Assembly: GCF_003334385.1 (NCBI RefSeq)
Contig: NZ_QOWN01000010.1
DNA length: 64,000 nt
Source: Escherichia coli
GTDB lineage: Bacteria > Pseudomonadota > Gammaproteobacteria > Enterobacterales > Enterobacteriaceae
Strand: one strand, 5' to 3'
Below are positions 12,485 to 23,111 of the stretch, piece by piece. The position numbers and the translations under genes were made by a program. The notes below the pieces were generated by a model that ran no database searches, was not told where the DNA came from, and was given only the letters and a program-made list of their open reading frames with translations. Position 1 is the stretch's first letter. Every line of letters begins with the position of its first letter.

Positions 12485-14665
12485 TTACTCTTTCTCGGAG
12501 TAACTATAACCGTAATAGTTATAGCCGTAACTGTAAGCGGTGCTGGCGCGTTTAATCACACCATTGAGGATAGCGCCTTTAATATTGACGCCTGCCTGTT
12601 CCAGACGCTGCATTGACAAACTCACCTCTTTGGCGGTGTTCAAGCCAAAACGCGCAACCAGCAGGCTGGTGCCAACAGAACGCCCCACGACCGCGGCATC
12701 ACTCACCGCCAGCATCGGCGGCGTATCGACAATCACCAGATCGTAATGGTCGTTCGCCCATTCCAGTAATTGACGCATCCGATCGCGCATCAGCAGTTCA
12801 GACGGGTTAGGTGGCACCTGACCGCGAGTAATCACATCAAAGCCTCCTTTGCCAAAATGCTGGATCACTTTGTTGAGCTCATCTTTACCTGCCAGATATT
12901 CCGACAAGCCATGTTCATTACTCACGGTAAACAGGTTATGCGAATAACCACGGCGTAAGTCGGCATCAATAAATAACACTTTTTGATCGGACTGGGCGAT
13001 CACCGCTGCCAGAGTTGAACTGACAAACGTTTTACCACTGTCTGGCGTCGCACCGGTGATCATTAGAATGTTATTCTCCGTCTCCATCATAGCGAAATGC
13101 AGACTGGTTCGTAGCGCACGTACGGCTTCCACAGCAGAATCCGCCGGGTTATCCACCGCCAGGAAGGGGATATTTTTAGTACGATGGCGCTGCTGATTAG
13201 AAAATAAATTTTTCTTACGCAGACGGGTGCGTTTATCCAGCCACTCGGACATTGGGATAGTGGCATAAACGCTGATGCCGTGCTCTTCCAGTTGTTCCGG
13301 GGCTTCTACACCACGACGCAACATCGCACGCGCCAGCACGGCACCCACAGAAATAAACAGGCCAAGAATAAAACCAAGCACCACGTTCAACGCTTTTTTC
13401 GGTTTCACTGGCTGCGGCTGAGTGACTGCCGGGTCGATAATCCGCACGTTACCAATGGCACTGGATTTCGAAATACTCAACTCCTGCTGGCGGTTAAGTA
13501 ATTGCAGATATACCGCACGGCCCGCTTCTACGTCACGACTTAAACGCAACACTTCCTGTTGGGTGGAAGGCATTGCCGATACCCGCTTATTCAGGCGTTT
13601 GCGTTCTTGCTCCAGCGTCTGGCGTTTTTCCAGCAGCGCACGATAAGTTGGGTGATCTTTCTTATACAGCTGGGAGATCTCTGCCTCGCGGAAGGTCAGC
13701 TCATTGAGTTGATTATCAACGTTCACAATCTGCTCAAGAACGGCTTTGGCTTCCAGGTTAAGGTCAACCGAATCGCGCTGCTGGCGATAAACGTTGAGTT
13801 TTTCTTCCGCTTGGTCCAGCTCGCTGCGCACTTCAGGTAACTGGCGCTGTAAGAATTCAAGGCTTTGTGAATCCTGCGCCGCCTGGCGAGCGATATTCTG
13901 TTGCAAATAGTTGTTAGCGATGCTGTTCAGAATACGAGTAATCAACTGGGGATCATCACCAGTCATGGTAAGTTCCAGCATCCCGCTTTCTTTACTGCGT
14001 TCGCTAACGGTAAAGGTTTCCTGCAATGCGTTAATCGCTTCCAGTTCGGTACGCTGGCTCAGGACAAACTGTGTTCCTGGTTTGGCCTTAATGTCCGCGA
14101 TAGTCAGCGCAACGCCATCTTTTTCCAGACGCTGGCCGACCATACCATTGACGGTGAACTCTTCACCTTCCAGTGTATAGTGGCCGTTTTCCCCAACCGT
14201 GAGTGTCAGTTGCTGATCCTGACCATTCAGTTGTGGAATATGCATCCAGCTGATCGCCAGCTCACCTGGTTTTTCTTTGGTTAATCTCGCCCAGCCGCGA
14301 CCCACAATCGGAAAATACTTCTGCTCAACTATGTCGCGCAGATTCAGTTCAGCAATGGTTTTACCGAGAATCATGCGCGATTGCAGCAGTTGGATCTCCG
14401 GTGCAGACTCGGGCGATGAGTTAGGGATCATATCGCTCAGGCCGCTGAGAATGGCGTTGCCCTGTTTTTGCTCAACCTGGACCAGAGTATCTGCCTGATA
14501 AATTGGTGTGCTTAACAGCGAGTAAGCGACAGCGATCAGCGTGAATAACGCGGTCACGCTGATAATAAACTTACGGTGATCCCATAACTCGCCGACCAGA
14601 CGAAGCAGATCGATCTCATTTTCCTGAGTGCTGCCTGGTGGCGTATTCATATTTTTAGTTGTCAT
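12485..14665 (-). CDS. etk: tyrosine autokinase Etk (Wzc paralogue, group-4 capsule)
   Basis: 726 aa; Walker A GATPDSGKT; C-terminal Tyr cluster YSYGYNYYGYSYSEKE. Confidence 0.95.
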   Translation of the reverse strand: MTTKNMNTPPGSTQENEIDLLRLVGELWDHRKFIISVTALFTLIAVAYSLLSTPIYQADTLVQVEQKQGNAILSGLSDMIPNSSPESAPEIQLLQSRMILGKTIAELNLRDIVEQKYFPIVGRGWARLTKEKPGELAISWMHIPQLNGQDQQLTLTVGENGHYTLEGEEFTVNGMVGQRLEKDGVALTIADIKAKPGTQFVLSQRTELEAINALQETFTVSERSKESGMLELTMTGDDPQLITRILNSIANNYLQQNIARQAAQDSQSLEFLQRQLPEVRSELDQAEEKLNVYRQQRDSVDLNLEAKAVLEQIVNVDNQLNELTFREAEISQLYKKDHPTYRALLEKRQTLEQERKRLNKRVSAMPSTQQEVLRLSRDVEAGRAVYLQLLNRQQELSISKSSAIGNVRIIDPAVTQPQPVKPKKALNVVLGFILGLFISVGAVLARAMLRRGVEAPEQLEEHGISVYATIPMSEWLDKRTRLRKKNLFSNQQRHRTKNIPFLAVDNPADSAVEAVRALRTSLHFAMMETENNILMITGATPDSGKTFVSSTLAAVIAQSDQKVLFIDADLRRGYSHNLFTVSNEHGLSEYLAGKDELNKVIQHFGKGGFDVITRGQVPPNPSELLMRDRMRQLLEWANDHYDLVIVDTPPMLAVSDAAVVGRSVGTSLLVARFGLNTAKEVSLSMQRLEQAGVNIKGAILNGVIKRASTAYSYGYNYYGYSYSEKE

Positions 14666-14684
14666 CGTATTTTATAAACTCAAA

Positions 14685-15131
14685 TTACCGGCTGAGGCGC
14701 TTCGCCCATTCCTGACTGGCGCGCTCCAACATACCGTAGACATGTTCAAATGCGTCCTGACTTTTACGATAGGGATCCGGGATCTCTTTCTGTTCCAGCC
14801 ATTGCCCAAACAGCATTGTCTTCCCGCGGACCTCGGGAGCAATTGCGGTAACCTGAGCAATATGTTCCGACTCCATTGCCAGAATCAGATCGTAATTTCG
14901 TGCCATCTCAGCAGTGAGCTTACGTCCGGCATGTCCTTCAAGAGATACGCCATGATTAGCGGCAACATCTGCCGCTGTCGCATCTGCAGGGTGTTTTACC
15001 AGACCATGAACACCTGCCGATTTGACTTTTACGCCCGGCAGACGTTTACGCAGCAAGCGCTCGCCAATGGGCGAACGGCAAATGTTGCCGGTACAAACCA
15101 CCAGGATTGAGTTAAATTTTAGTTGGGCCAT
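14685..15131 (-). CDS. etp: low-molecular-weight protein-tyrosine phosphatase Etp
   Basis: ORF 14685..15143; start at [21 protein letters not shown] (CX5R P-loop). Confidence 0.93.
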
Positions 15132-16258
15132 GTTTGAATCCACCGTGAAGTCTCTGTCAGGTCATGCACCCCGGAAATCGTCGGTACCAGCAGAGAAATC
15201 ACACGGTTCCAACGAGCCAGCGGCGCGGTAGTGACATAAACAATGTCGTAAGGTTCAAGCTGGAATTCCGTTCCGAGTATCATTGCCGATGCGTCCTTCG
15301 CATTCAGCTGATAAATATTGGCGATTTTGCCATTCTGCTTGTTTTGCGTTGCACGAATAACAAAAATCCCCGTCGCATCAGCGACATCCTGATTCATACC
15401 CTCAGCGTTACCCAGCGCTTCCGCCAGGGTCATACCGCTGCGGTCCATTTTCAGCGTGCTCTGTTTACCCACTTCACCCATCACGAAGACTTTCAGATCA
15501 TCGTTGCGCGGAATAAATAAAATATCGCCCGGGTGCAGCAGTTTGTTCTGGCGCAAGTCGCCACGCTGCATCAGCGCATAGAGGTTCACTTTGGTCTTTA
15601 CGCCATTCTGGGTGAGCACCACGTTGCGCCAGTCTGCATCTGCGGTCAGACCGCCCGCGGCGTTAATCGCATCCATGATGGTCAGAGGAATATTGGTAAT
15701 CGGCTGCTGACCCGATTTGCTGACTTCGCCGGTGACGTACGCTTTTTGCGATCGGAACGCCGCGACGCTGACATCGACTTGCGGGCTTTCAATGACTGAA
15801 TCGAGACGCGCTGTAATCTCGTTGCGTACCTGGGTAAGTGTTTTCCCGGCCACTTTCAGGCGACCAATATAGGGGTAGAAAATCGCACCATCGGCGTTAA
15901 CCCAGTTGCCGGTATCACTGGCGCTACGGTATTGCCCTGCGGGGGTGGTTAGTTCCGGGTGATCCCAGACCGTAACCATCAACACATCACCAATCCCGAT
16001 ACGATATTCATAGTTTGCGATTTGCTGCTCCAGCTCCGGGTTAGCCTGCGACATAATCGGTTTGGCGCGCAACTGATCAATCAATCCTGGCGTGACGGGA
16101 TAGATATTGACCATTTTGTCCAGGTCATACTGATTGTCAGGTAGTTCAATGACATCCTTGTTACTGGTCGATAAATTCTGACCAGGAACAAGGGTACATG
16201 CTGTCAAAGACAGAACAGCCAATGTCAGTACCGAAAACTTAAAAATGTTCTTTTTCAT
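15119..16258 (-). CDS. gfcE: outer-membrane polysaccharide export lipoprotein (Wza paralogue)
   Basis: ORF 15119..16279; start at [21 protein letters not shown] lipobox. Confidence 0.92.
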
Positions 16259-16303
16259 TGGTTTATATTTATCAGTCAATGTAATGTTATGAATTACGTC
16301 AGG

Positions 16304-18400
16304 TTATTGTCCAACCGGTACTTCTCGCTCTGCCGTCATTGGATAGAGCTGGTATTTGCGTGACAGCATTTGTCCACCATCACGCGTCAATGGTGTCCAC
16401 GAAACCACCGCGCGGTTGCGGTTAGGTCCAATGGTCATCAAGTCGAATGGAATCGAGATATAAAAACCTTTACTAAAGCCGCCTTCGCCGTAGTCATCTT
16501 TAGATACGTTACTGATTGCCGCCCATACCCCTACCGCCACGCCGCTGTCAAAGCGTTTGGCGACGTCGATCGTTGCGCCTTTATCTTTTGCCAGATATTG
16601 CCCAACGCTAAGTTTCATCAGTACGCCATTGAGCGTCGGCGGGTTCCAGTAAGCCGTCACGAAACCTGTTGGCGTGGAATAATCGGTGAAACGCATCATG
16701 TTGTCCCAGTCACGTTGCTTCACGTAGTTAACGTCCACACCCAGCGCCCAGCAGGCATCTAGCGGGCGATAAAGCAGCTCGGAACCGACACCGGCGTACA
16801 TCGTTTCCAGATAACCGCCATACACCTGGCCATAGAAACCATTGCCTAAGTCAGCAAAATAGTTCGCCTGCAAGTTGTTGAGATAAACGTCATTGCGAAC
16901 GTAGTCACGGATATGCGTGCGCACGCGGGGCAGGGTAGAGTCCGCGGGCAACAGCGAAGACTTAAACTTGTCGTAGTTGTTGTAAATATTGGTGAAAATA
17001 CCGCCATCAAGCAGCAGGTGGTCGGTAAACCAGTAGCGGGCACTGGACATCAGCCCCAGCTGGAACATATAGAAATCTTCCGGGCCGCCCAGCGACTGTG
17101 AAAGTGTTGGGTTGAAAGAGTAGCTAAAGCGATCTTCACGAATACGGTAGCCCCGACCAAAGGCAGAAAGATCTTCAGCTTCAACACGTTGTTGTTGCAG
17201 TGGCTCTGATTGACCAGGCGCTGTACCTGCCAGCTGTTTGCGCAGGCTGGCTACGTCGGTTTCGGTAGTCACCATCGCCATATGCTCGCGCTTTTGCGTC
17301 ACGCTAATCTTCTCAACGCCTTGCGGCAGGTTATTCACCAGAATCCGGTTGGCACGATCGACCGCTTCACGAGAGTCACGGTATTTGTATTGCTGACCAG
17401 ACATATACAGTGTCTTATCGCGTAGCTGAATTTCTGGCGCGTCAAAGCCCGCGTTATACTTCAGGGCGGTAAGTTGGTTTGCTACCGTGGTGTACTGCAA
17501 TCCTTCAGATTCAGGCGCAGGTTGATATGCCGGTTTTGGCGTATCGCGCAGGGCAGGGCGCAGATCGTTGAAATTGGTCCGTAACGTGAAGCCAAACATC
17601 AACGTGTTACCGCGTTCATAACTCAGGTTGAGATCTGCCCAGCTGGCTGCGCGATAAACTGCGCCGACGTTGAAATGGCTTGCCTGAGGCAGTTTGCCAG
17701 CGAAATCATTCTGGTAATTGTTTCCATCGTATTCGAGTTTCAGACGCAGGGGATTCCACGGCGTTTGATACTCAATGCCGCCAAAGATGGAAGCCGGGCC
17801 ACGAAAGATATCGCTAAAGCTGATATCGCCCGCATCGTGAGACTCTGCGCGATGACAATATTTATCGCTCACCCGGCAAAACGGGTTGGTAATATTGCCC
17901 GCATTACCGGCGTAGCCCCATGCCATCCCGAGGGTGAAATCAAATGGCCCCGCTTGCTTGCTGGCCACCAGATACTCACCGTCAAACAGACCCGTACCAG
18001 CAATATCACGTTTACCAAACGCCACTTGCGGTAGCCAGTAACCTTCTTCCCACAGGCGAAGTTTAAAATCGAATGATTTGTCTTTGTATGACTGATCGCC
18101 GCTGAAATCTTCCCACTGGCTATATTTGCGTGTGCGCACATCCGTATAACGAATGGTGCCTTCCAGCCATGGGAACAGCGCCACGGAGGTGGAGTAGAAC
18201 CGGTATTGATCGTTATCCCGGTAGTTGACGCTGAATTCACCTTCCGGTGCGATGCGCGCATTTGGCATCTGCAACAATCCTGTGCCGCCAAAGTCTGATT
18301 GCGACGAACCCAGCGGATCCGGGTAGGTTAATACTTCAGCATGACAGGCACTGGAGACGGCAATGGCCAGGCAGCTTAAAAGATAAGAATTCTTCTTCAT
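16304..18400 (-). CDS. gfcD: group-4 capsule outer-membrane beta-barrel protein GfcD (YjbH family)
   Basis: 698 aa with signal peptide, recognised sequence. Confidence 0.92.
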
Positions 18401-19146
18401 CAGTCAGGAACACGTTGCGTTAAAACAGACACAATCTGGTCATTTAAATCAGCATATTTTTCGGGCAGTACATGCGCAGAAAAGCCCAACCAAAGCTGGC
18501 TGCCAGGCGGTGGTTCCACATGTCTTTTATTCCACAGGGCAACAGGGGCGACGACAGTCTCACCCTCAGGCGTAATCACCATAACGTTATTCTTGTCCGC
18601 GCCTGCAAGGCGGGGGTGATCTTGCAGATAATCGGTAACGCTACGGCCTGCCTGCCAGGGCAATTGCCCGGCCCCAGAAACCGCACCCAGCAGAGTAATA
18701 GTCACCGGACGCTGTACGGTATAGAGCGTATAGTCCCCGACCAACGGGGGATTGCTGTTCTCATCCACTCGTACAAAATCAGGGTCCAGTTTGACCGGTA
18801 AGCGACCAGTGATATTGAGATTGAGTAACTGCTGGCGCACGGATTTAATCGTTGCCGCCACATCGTCGTCAGCTTCTGCTTCCCAGGAAGCAAGCTGTGC
18901 CATGACATGTTGGTAGTCTTTAAGCGCTTTAGCTTTCGCCGCAGAGTCGGTCAGCAAGGCACCAGGCCACCAGAGGCGATCGCGCAGTTGCGGTTGTGTC
19001 ACCAACTGGACAACATTTTCCACGGGGCCAACGGAAAGTGTCTGTTGTTCGCCAGGCAGATAAATAGTCACCGTTCCTTGCGCAAAGGCATGGGGTGTCA
19101 TTACGTAAAGTACGCTGGCAATGAAATACGACTGTAATTTATTCAT
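18400..19146 (-). CDS. gfcC: group-4 capsule periplasmic protein GfcC
   Basis: 248 aa with signal peptide; overlaps gfcD start. Confidence 0.92.
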
Positions 19147-19787
19147 GGTGCGGGTTTAAGAAACGTCATTTCTACGGGAATAACCCCTGCGCCTAACATT
19201 TGCCGACTTTGACGAACCTGGCCAGTAGCCGAATCGACCCAGAATGTGTTTTGCCACTGTTTTTCTGGCCGCGTGGAAGTCACCTCTTCCTGCCAGACAT
19301 TACACAGCACATTGCGACCCGCAATATTCAGCGTCTCTAATCCAGCAAAGGAAAAAGTAGAACTCAGGGTCGCAGAGCGAAAATGGTTGTCTTCACTCCA
19401 GAGAATATCGCGCGTCCAGCGGCTGCCATCTTTTATTGCCAGCGCGTTACGCAGAGGGTCCTGCCCGGAATTTGTCACTTCCAGCAGATTATTATTAAGT
19501 TTGACGGTTTTTAAAAGACGTCCATTGTGGGTAACCAGCATGGCGTTATCCTGGGATAACCATTTGCTTTGTTCTTGTTCTATATATCCCAGTACCACAA
19601 AGATTCGTTGCCCTTCATTAAGGCGTAAATACATAGTGGAATAAGGCAACGCCTGGATCTGCTGATCCGCTACGGTGATATCCTGATTATCGAAAAGGCT
19701 GGCGCGAAATGTATCGACCATACTTTGCTGGCTGTGCGTACATCCCGCAAGAAATAGTGCGAAAATCGATAAAATAAGAGGGCGCAC
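19143..19787 (-). CDS. gfcB: group-4 capsule lipoprotein GfcB (YjbF family)
   Basis: 214 aa; MRPLILSIFALFLAGC lipobox. Confidence 0.92.
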   Translation of the reverse strand: MRPLILSIFALFLAGCTHSQQSMVDTFRASLFDNQDITVADQQIQALPYSTMYLRLNEGQRIFVVLGYIEQEQSKWLSQDNAMLVTHNGRLLKTVKLNNNLLEVTNSGQDPLRNALAIKDGSRWTRDILWSEDNHFRSATLSSTFSFAGLETLNIAGRNVLCNVWQEEVTSTRPEKQWQNTFWVDSATGQVRQSRQMLGAGVIPVEMTFLKPAP

Positions 19788-19893
19788 CTTTAATCCTTGA
19801 AAGGTTAATTAAAAAAATGCAAATCTCTAAAGCCCGGTACGAATATCGCAACCGGGTATCATTTAACTTTAATTTCGACGCGTTAAAGCAGTA

Positions 19894-20199
19894 TTAGCGT
19901 GTAGTGGACGTGGTGGTTGAGGTGTTATGAGAACCGCCATCGCCACTGTCATTTGCTGCAACAACTGCCAACGTCGCCACACCAACAGCCGTTGCCACAC
20001 CGACAACTGTCGCCGTGCCGACAGCGCCAGCAGCCACGCCACCAGTGGTAGTAGCAGTCGTGGTTGCGCCGGTAGTGGTCGTTGTGGTGCCAGTAGTACC
20101 CGTCGTTGCCTCGGTCCCGTTTGTTGCTTCAGGGGCAGCAAACGCAGCTGGCGTCGTCAACATGAAGGCCATAAGGATTGCAGAAAGCTTGTGTTTCAT
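19894..20199 (-). CDS. gfcA: threonine-rich small secreted/membrane protein GfcA
   Basis: ORF 19894..20217; start at MKHKLSAILMAFMLTTPAAFA; long Thr/Gly/Ala/Val low-complexity tract. Confidence 0.85.
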   Translation of the reverse strand: MKHKLSAILMAFMLTTPAAFAAPEATNGTEATTGTTGTTTTTTGATTTATTTGGVAAGAVGTATVVGVATAVGVATLAVVAANDSGDGGSHNTSTTTSTTR

Positions 20200-20640
20200 A
20201 ACTTTTCCTTTATTCATCGCATGGACAATACGTACGCTTGAGATCAGGATTGTCTACTTTGAGTATAACATCCTTGTGAAATCTCCCTTTCCTCATACCG
20301 CTTGCACTATATACTGCGGGTAGGAAAGGCGCGCAGAGGGAAATATAAGATTGTTAACTATCCCCCTCTGGAAATACGACTTGTGAGCATAAGATAAATC
20401 TTAGCAAAATACAAATTAAAGATAAGGAAATTGTTACGAAAGCTATTAATTATTGTTGGTAATATAGTTTCAAGTGGTACTATAACTGGCTGTTAAATGG
20501 CATTTATAACTATTAGGTGCAGAGATATTCGCTTAAATGGATTAGTTTCTTTGTGGAAAAGTAACTGATGTTATAATGTATGATGTTGACTATTGCACTA
20601 TTCCAATAAAACCAGTCAGCTTTAAACAAGCAGCGTCATA

Positions 20641-20853
20641 TTAAGAGAGATAAACATTTGCCGCTGTTGGTCCTCGCAGGCCATTTACGCGGCAAAATTC
20701 CACACGTAATCCTGGTATAAGCACTTCTGCGTCGCGGGGAGTGAATGCGGAAATATGGACCTGAACTTCTTTACGACCGTCGGAGGGGATAATGAATCCT
20801 TTGCCGCTTTTGCGATCAAAGGTTTTGACAATTCCTGTCATTTTACGGGACAA
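20641..20853 (-). CDS. cspH: cold-shock-like protein CspH
   Basis: 70 aa cold-shock domain, [23 protein letters not shown]. Confidence 0.93.
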
Positions 20854-21138
20854 ACAAATTCCTTACTGAAAATACTGCGCTGCACTATACGGGGTTAATA
20901 AAATAAAGCCAGCGATATTTAAGACCGCCGGACGGCTAAAATAAAATTTGCTTAATCTCAATTATCATGCGTTAATAGCTGCGTCGGTTTGAAAGACAGA
21001 CAGCATACAAAGTAGTTTACTAAAGCAGTTCTCATTATCAGGCATTATCCCCTTCTTTTGAGTCTCTCTCCTGAACACTAAGTAGTTTCTGTATTAAAGC
21101 CCTGTTTGCCGAAAGGCCCAAAATGAAGGAAGTAAAAT

Positions 21139-21351
21139 ATGTCTAATAAAATGACTGGTTTAGTAAAATGGTTTAACGCAGATAAAGGTTTTGGCTTTAT
21201 CACTCCTGATGATGGCAGCAAAGACGTTTTCGTCCATTTCACCGCCATCCAGAGCAATGAATTCCGCACGCTGAACGAAAATCAGAAAGTTGAATTTTCT
21301 ATTGAGCAGGGGCAACGTGGCCCCGCGGCAGCGAACGTTGTTACGCTCTAA
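21139..21351 (+). CDS. cspG: cold-shock protein CspG
   Basis: 70 aa; [24 protein letters not shown]1 motif. Confidence 0.95.
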   Translation: MSNKMTGLVKWFNADKGFGFITPDDGSKDVFVHFTAIQSNEFRTLNENQKVEFSIEQGQRGPAAANVVTL

Positions 21352-21361
21352 GGTTGCCATT

Positions 21362-21550
21362 ATTACTCAACATCTCCATTTCCGCTGTCCATGTTGTCAT
21401 GGTTCACAGTACCGCACATCGGCATTCGATGTGACGGAGCGAAACCCTTTGGGCGCTAAGTGTATTTTTTGTAAATCGACGATGATCACCTTTGATAACG
21501 TCGCGCTGCAAATACGCACTGACCATGCGCCGCTGGATTTCACAAAATAA
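21362..21550 (+). CDS. ymcF: small Cys-rich (CxCC...CxxC) zinc-ribbon-like protein; start codon uncertain, possibly non-ATG
   Basis: Conserved frame ..ITQHLHFRCPCCHGSQYRTSAFDVTERNPLGAKCIFCKST..; the only in-frame ATG lies inside cspG in another frame. Confidence 0.5.
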   Translation: MTQHLHFRCPCCHGSQYRTSAFDVTERNPLGAKCIFCKSTMITFDNVALQIRTDHAPLDFTK

Positions 21551-21755
21551 TATCAGGCTCCCTCGTGGAGCCTTTTTTATATCTGCCTTATTTTTCTTCA
21601 ACGCTGTATGTATAGTAAGCGATAACCTGTTGATTATTGAATCTTTCGGGGAGATGGCTTATAACATTTCTTACCTGACCAGGGTACCGGGAACCAACAC
21701 CTTACTGGCGTGTTGCTGTCTTTTAAGACCAGAAGAGGTTAACAGTGAATATTGA
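21525..21755 (+). CDS. ymcE: small membrane protein YmcE (76 aa)
   Basis: ORF 21492..21755; recognised from MRRWISQNNIRLPRGAFFISALFFF. Confidence 0.75.
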   Translation: MRRWISQNNIRLPRGAFFISALFFFNAVCIVSDNLLIIESFGEMAYNISYLTRVPGTNTLLACCCLLRPEEVNSEY

Positions 21756-21918
21756 AGAGTTAAAAAAACAAGCCGAAACGGAAATCGCCGACTTTATCGC
21801 GCAAAAAATCGCCGAGCTGAACAAGAATACAGGGAAAGAAGTCTCTGAAATTCGCTTCACCGCACGAGAAAAAATGACCGGGCTTGAAAGTTATGATGTC
21901 AAAATCAAAATAATGTGA
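21745..21918 (+). CDS. gnsA: GnsA (57 aa), GTG start
   Basis: GTG at 21745; translation MNIEELKKQAETEIADFIAQKIAELNK...KIKIM; too short for the ORF track. Confidence 0.8.
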   Translation: MNIEELKKQAETEIADFIAQKIAELNKNTGKEVSEIRFTAREKMTGLESYDVKIKIM

Positions 21919-21966
21919 TTTTGTGAACATCACCCCGTGCGAGGTGATGTTCCGCTTGTTGCTAAT

Positions 21967-23040
21967 TTAGTGACCAATCATTGGCGCTTGTGGAATTAAG
22001 CGTCGGTACAATTCCTCCGGCACCGGGCTTTGCCATACTCCCGCATACATTGCGTAACCAATCACCGCAAACATAATCCCCAGAACCAGTAGCGTCATTA
22101 ACCAGCCAGACAACGCAAAGGCTTTTTTATTTGCCGCAGGTTTTTGCAGTGAAAAGGTCAATGTTGAGGCTACCGGACATGACTCTACGCAAGTCATACA
22201 GCCGGTACATTCCACTGTTCGTACCTGAATTAATTTATCGACCGGGATCCGTGATGGGCAATTTTTTGCGCATTTGCCACAGTCGATACAACTTTCGGCA
22301 TTGCGACGAATCTTAAACGGCGACAATAGCGAAACCACGCCCATCAGCGCGCCATATGGGCAAAGATAACGACACCAGGCATGGCGAATAAACAGGCTGG
22401 CAATCAGCAAAACGGTCACGCTGATTAATGTCGCGGTCCCCATATGACGAAAGAAATCGAGCATTTTAACGTCCATCACCACGCTGTAGGGCGACAACAT
22501 AAAATAGTGAATCGCCTGAGCGGGCATCAATAACGCGATATAGATAAAAAAACTCAACAGCAAATACTTCACGCCGCGCAGAGGAATATCCAGCCAGCGG
22601 GGAAGGACACATTGCCGACCAAACAGTTTGTTACCGAGATCGCCGATTAATTCAGAAAGCGTACCAACCGGGCATAACCATGAGCAAAAGGCCTTTTTGA
22701 GTAATAGACTGATGACGATAAAAGCGACCAATAACAGCATCGCGGCGGCGTGGACGGACGGTAACTGACCTGTTACAAGGCTATATTTCAGATTCATCAG
22801 CCCGGCAATCGGTAGCCAGCCTTCGATACCTCCCGGTCTGGCGACAAATGTCGTGCTACTTGCCGTTTCGTAATAGCGCACCCAATACCAGAACGTGATG
22901 GCAATATAAATATTCATTGCCAACAGTAATAATTGCGTCGCTTTACGCCAGGTCGTGGCATTACGCCAGTCATTCCACGGTAATTTGCCGCCCGTCGTGC
23001 CTGGCCGCCGCTGCCAGCGGGTTCTTTTATTCTCTGCCAT
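21967..23040 (-). CDS. yccM: polytopic membrane 4Fe-4S ferredoxin-type protein YccM (NapH-like)
   Basis: 357 aa; two CxxCxxCxxxCP motifs (CIDCGKCAKNCP, CTGCMTCVESCP) plus TM helices. Confidence 0.9.
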   Translation of the reverse strand: MAENKRTRWQRRPGTTGGKLPWNDWRNATTWRKATQLLLLAMNIYIAITFWYWVRYYETASSTTFVARPGGIEGWLPIAGLMNLKYSLVTGQLPSVHAAAMLLLVAFIVISLLLKKAFCSWLCPVGTLSELIGDLGNKLFGRQCVLPRWLDIPLRGVKYLLLSFFIYIALLMPAQAIHYFMLSPYSVVMDVKMLDFFRHMGTATLISVTVLLIASLFIRHAWCRYLCPYGALMGVVSLLSPFKIRRNAESCIDCGKCAKNCPSRIPVDKLIQVRTVECTGCMTCVESCPVASTLTFSLQKPAANKKAFALSGWLMTLLVLGIMFAVIGYAMYAGVWQSPVPEELYRRLIPQAPMIGH

Positions 23041-23111
23041 GATTTTGCCAGTCCGTTAAGTTGTATACCAAATGCCACTATTCTAGTTGTTCTTAACTGG
23101 CTGATATTGAT

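Noticed and set aside
13280-15110. Multiple plus-strand ORFs antisense to etk/etp
   Set aside because: All nested within the long, domain-supported etk and etp frames on the minus strand.
19869-20323. Several ORFs overlapping gfcA on both strands (19869..20141, 19927..20241, 20015..20323)
   Set aside because: Generated by the repetitive ACC/GGT-rich DNA encoding the Thr-rich tract; only the frame with a signal peptide and lipoprotein-operon context is credible.
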